A program made the translations under genes and the position numbers. Below the pieces are notes generated by a model. It saw nothing but the letters and a program-made list of their open reading frames with translations. It was not told the DNA's origin and did not search any database. A stretch of DNA of 64,000 bases from Bacteroidales bacterium (lineage in GTDB: Bacteria; Bacteroidota; Bacteroidia; Bacteroidales; VadinHA17), in contig JALHSP010000056.1 in NCBI GenBank assembly GCA_022865305.1, positions 128,760 through 192,759 of the forward strand. The letters run 5' to 3'. This document shows, one piece after another, positions 60,889 through 64,000 of this stretch. The stretch's first letter is position 1. Every line of letters begins with the position of its first letter.

Positions 60889-62118
60889 ATGGCAATTCCT
60901 GTAATAATGCCAAAACAAGGGCAGTCAGTTGAAACATGTATCATTACACGATGGTTTAAAGAGAGGGGTGAAAAAGTTGCAACAGGAGATATTCTCTTCT
61001 CATATGAAACAGATAAGGCAGCATTTGATCTGGAATCTCCGGGCGACGGGATATTACTGGAGGTATTTTTCGGAGAAGGCGACGAGGTTCCTGTACTGAT
61101 GAATGTGGCAGTGATAGGTAAAAGTGGTGAATCCACAGAGCAGTATCAACCCGGGAAGACAATACCATCAGGTAAGGTTGTACAGGATACTTCGAAAAAT
61201 GAAGAATTACCCCTCGCAGATGCAACCGGGATAAAAATCGTATCATCTTCCCAGGAATCCAGGATCAGAATTTCACCCAGGGCAAAGAAACTGGCAGAAG
61301 AACGGGGATTGACATACAATAATTTACACGGATCAGGGCCAAACGGAAGGATTATTTTCAGCGACGTTGAAAAAGCACTTTCAGGAAATATCCCCGGAAC
61401 AGCCTCAATTTCTGCTACCGGTACTGAATATACTGAACAACCACTCAGCAATGTCCGTAAAATTATTGCCAGGGCGATGCATTCATCCCTTCAGAATTCG
61501 GCTCAGCTTACTCATCATATGAGCGCAGATGTCCGTCGTCTTTTAGATGCAAGACGCAAAATCAAGGATGGACTTGCTTCCGGAACAGAAAAACAGGATA
61601 TCACGCTGAACGATATGGTTTGCTGGTGTGTTATGAGGGCACTCAAAAAGTTTCCCGATGTTAACATCCATTTTCTTGGCGACACAGTCAGAACATTCCA
61701 TAAAATACATCTTGGAATAGCTGTTGATACATCACGCGGGCTTATGGTACCTGCAATAAAAAATGCAGACGAAATGGACCTGCCACGGCTTTCTGCTGAA
61801 CTGAAATCTGTTGCAGATGCATGCCGGAAAGGAAATATCAATCCCGAACTGATCCAGAGCACCGCGGCGACCTTCACAGTTTCAAACCTTGGCAGCTACG
61901 GCGTTGAAATGTTTACTCCTGTTATTAACCTTCCACAGGCAGGAATTCTGGGGGTATGTACAATCATCAACAGACCTGCTGATCTGGGTAACAACACCTT
62001 TGGTTTTATTCCATTTATAGGATTATCACTCACTTACGATCACAGGGCTATTGATGGTGGTCCGGCGACATTGTTCCTTAAGGAAATAAAAGACCAGATA
62101 GAGAATTTTAATTATTAA
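60889..62118 (+). CDS. 2-oxoacid dehydrogenase E2 component (dihydrolipoamide acyltransferase)
   Basis: Lipoyl domain with ETDKA, an E3/E1-binding segment (RISPRAKKLAEERG), and catalytic DHRAIDGG. Confidence 0.9.
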   Translation: MAIPVIMPKQGQSVETCIITRWFKERGEKVATGDILFSYETDKAAFDLESPGDGILLEVFFGEGDEVPVLMNVAVIGKSGESTEQYQPGKTIPSGKVVQDTSKNEELPLADATGIKIVSSSQESRIRISPRAKKLAEERGLTYNNLHGSGPNGRIIFSDVEKALSGNIPGTASISATGTEYTEQPLSNVRKIIARAMHSSLQNSAQLTHHMSADVRRLLDARRKIKDGLASGTEKQDITLNDMVCWCVMRALKKFPDVNIHFLGDTVRTFHKIHLGIAVDTSRGLMVPAIKNADEMDLPRLSAELKSVADACRKGNINPELIQSTAATFTVSNLGSYGVEMFTPVINLPQAGILGVCTIINRPADLGNNTFGFIPFIGLSLTYDHRAIDGGPATLFLKEIKDQIENFNY

Positions 62119-62120
62119 TA

Positions 62121-62145
62121 CCCCCCATCCCCCCAAAAGGGGGGC
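62121..62145. repeat. GC-rich C-run/G-run hairpin repeat, copy 4
   Basis: CCCCCCATCCCCCCAAAAGGGGGGC with a C6-AAAA-G6 hairpin at 62129-62144, directly after the E2 stop. Confidence 0.6.
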
Positions 62146-62234
62146 TTAAATCAGAATAGTAGATAGGTAGTCTGATAAAAATAAAGAAAGATCATAAAAC
62201 CATAAAACCGTAATACCGTAACACCATAAATAAT

Positions 62235-64000
62235 ATGCCAAAGAGTCAAAACATCAATCCGAAGGTTGTACGTAAACCTCAGTTTATAGAATTCGGTAAA
62301 ATACCTGTAAATCAGTATAATAAATCGATTGAAGAGGAAAAGGAAAATTTCAGCAAGGAGGACTTCATCAGGATTTTCCGGGATATGGTGATAATCCGTG
62401 AATTCGAGACCATGCTCAATCTTATCAAGACTACCAACGAATACAACGGTATAGCTTATAATCATCCCGGACCTGCCCATCTCTCTATCGGACAGGAAGC
62501 TTCAGCAGTCGGAATGGCCTATAATCTCGGCATTGATGATTATATATTTGGATCACATCGGAGCCATGGAGAGATCCTTGCAAAAGGTTTATCAGCCATT
62601 AACCATCTTGATGAGGACAGCCTTTATTCCATTATGAGTAAATATTTCGGAGGAGGAGCTCTGAAAGTTGTAGAAAAGGGATTCCAGGGAAACATAAAAG
62701 ACCTGGCAGTCCATTTTTTATTGTATGGAGCTCTGGCTGAAATATTTGCCCGTGAGAATGGTTTCAATAAAGGATTGGGCGGATCAATGCATGCATTTTT
62801 CACACCGTTTGGCATCTACCCTAATAATGCAATCGTAGGTGGTTCCGGAGATATATCAGTCGGAGCCGCACTTTATAAGAAAATTAACCGCAAACCCGGC
62901 ATTGTTGTCTGCAATATCGGGGACGCTTCACTGGGTTGCGGTCCTGTATGGGAAGGGATCTGCTTTGCCACGATGGATCAGTACAAAACTCTGTGGAAAG
63001 GTGAATATAAAGGTGGATTACCATTAATATTCAATTTTATGAATAACCTTTATGGAATGGGTGGACAGACAATGGGCGAGACAATGGGTTTTGGAATACT
63101 TGCCCGCATTGGGGCAGGTGTTAATCCTGAATTGATGCATGCAGAGCGGGTTGATGGATACAATCCACTAGCAGTAATCGATGCTTTTACACGTAAGAAA
63201 AAACTTATCGAAGAAAAAAAGGGACCCGTTTTGCTTGACACTCTTACATACAGGATAAGCGGCCATTCCCCGTCAGATGCTTCCTCATACAGATCGAAGG
63301 AAGAGATAGAAGCATGGCAGAAAGAAGACTCAATCATTTCCTATGGAAACTCTCTTGTAAACGCCGGCATGATAGAGCAGGATCATCTTGATGAAATAAA
63401 GAATGAGACCTCAGGTTTAATTACCCATATTCTTAAGCTCACCATTAATGATGAAATTTCACCAAGGCTGGACCTTATCAGAGACCCGGACTCTATCGGA
63501 AAAATGATGTTCTCCAATGGATCGGAAGACAGAATGGAAGAGAGGGTACCGGAGGTACTTCTTCCATTGGAAGAGAATCCCCGTGTTAAATCCCTGAAGA
63601 ACAAGGAAAGGTTTTACAAGGATAAAGATGGTAAACCTGTATCCAAAGCAAAGCTATATCAGTTACGTGACGGTATATTTGAAGCAATAATTGACAGGTT
63701 CTATAAGGATCCTACCCTTGCTGCCTGGGGTGAAGAAAACCGCGACTGGGGTGGTGCCTTTGCAGTTTACCGTGGTCTGACAGAAGCTCTCCCCTATCAC
63801 AGGTTATTCAATTCACCAATTTCAGAAGGAGCTATTGTCGGGACTGCAATTGGATACGGAATGTGCGGGGGAAGAGTCATTGCCGAGATTATGTACTGTG
63901 ATTTTCTGGGAAGATCCGGTGATGAAGTTTTCAATCAGTTGCCTAAATGGCAGGCGATGAGCGGAAATATTATCAGGATGCCTGTGGTAATCAGGGTTTC
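62235..64000 (+). CDS. fused E1 alpha/beta component of a 2-oxoacid dehydrogenase (partial, runs off the window)
   Basis: My hand translation from the ATG at 62235 is open to the window end, so it is absent from the ORF track for lack of a stop. E1-alpha motifs ([22 protein letters not shown]...NN, YRISGHS) are followed by an E1-beta-like PYR domain ([17 protein letters not shown]). Confidence 0.85.
   Translation, partial: MPKSQNINPKVVRKPQFIEFGKIPVNQYNKSIEEEKENFSKEDFIRIFRDMVIIREFETMLNLIKTTNEYNGIAYNHPGPAHLSIGQEASAVGMAYNLGIDDYIFGSHRSHGEILAKGLSAINHLDEDSLYSIMSKYFGGGALKVVEKGFQGNIKDLAVHFLLYGALAEIFARENGFNKGLGGSMHAFFTPFGIYPNNAIVGGSGDISVGAALYKKINRKPGIVVCNIGDASLGCGPVWEGICFATMDQYKTLWKGEYKGGLPLIFNFMNNLYGMGGQTMGETMGFGILARIGAGVNPELMHAERVDGYNPLAVIDAFTRKKKLIEEKKGPVLLDTLTYRISGHSPSDASSYRSKEEIEAWQKEDSIISYGNSLVNAGMIEQDHLDEIKNETSGLITHILKLTINDEISPRLDLIRDPDSIGKMMFSNGSEDRMEERVPEVLLPLEENPRVKSLKNKERFYKDKDGKPVSKAKLYQLRDGIFEAIIDRFYKDPTLAAWGEENRDWGGAFAVYRGLTEALPYHRLFNSPISEGAIVGTAIGYGMCGGRVIAEIMYCDFLGRSGDEVFNQLPKWQAMSGNIIRMPVVIRV

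Noticed and set aside
62151-63604. Minus-strand ORFs 62151..62480, 62624..62815, 63050..63337 and 63383..63604
   Set aside because: All are antisense to the continuous E1 alpha/beta reading frame, which has clear TPP-enzyme motifs.

Overview
This window looks like a chromosomal segment of an AT-rich member of the Bacteroidota. Supporting signs are a 286-aa RpoD-type sigma factor without region 1.1, many lipoproteins with an LxxC lipobox, TAnnTTTG-type -7 boxes, and PlpD-like and Omp85-like outer-membrane proteins. About 45 credible protein genes and one tRNA are present.

Core housekeeping genes run from about 23 to 36 kb: uvrB, rpoD, an htrA-like protease, dapF, rlmN, a dacB-like PBP4 and gyrB. 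Further on are ftsE, an E2 plus fused E1 alpha/beta 2-oxoacid dehydrogenase pair, envelope and transport genes (41.9-48.3 kb), and glycan-degradation genes (GH16, a possible GH106-like enzyme, and a TAT-exported Gfo/Idh/MocA oxidoreductase).

The clearest accessory segment is an ~8.7-kb, visibly more AT-rich block at 2562-11294. It starts inside tRNA-Pro(GGG) and ends at a 17-bp direct copy of the tRNA 3' end. It carries lipoproteins, a BNR-type beta-propeller gene split by an in-frame TGA, a small outer-membrane barrel, a B12-binding radical SAM enzyme with a translationally coupled 21-codon ORF, its own dispersed repeats, and a terminase-like gene fragment. No integrase is present.

The second notable locus is 52.3-54.9 kb. 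A ribosomal protein THX homologue is fused to a ~210-aa lysine-rich tail containing near-perfect 18-bp tandem repeats. It is divergent from a NYN-LOTUS gene and followed by an RRM(RGG)-cold-shock operon.

Several families of GC-rich hairpin or 'word-like' intergenic repeats are scattered through the window. No CRISPR array, rRNA, transposase or recognisable defence system was seen. All functional calls rest on motif recognition by eye, with no database search.
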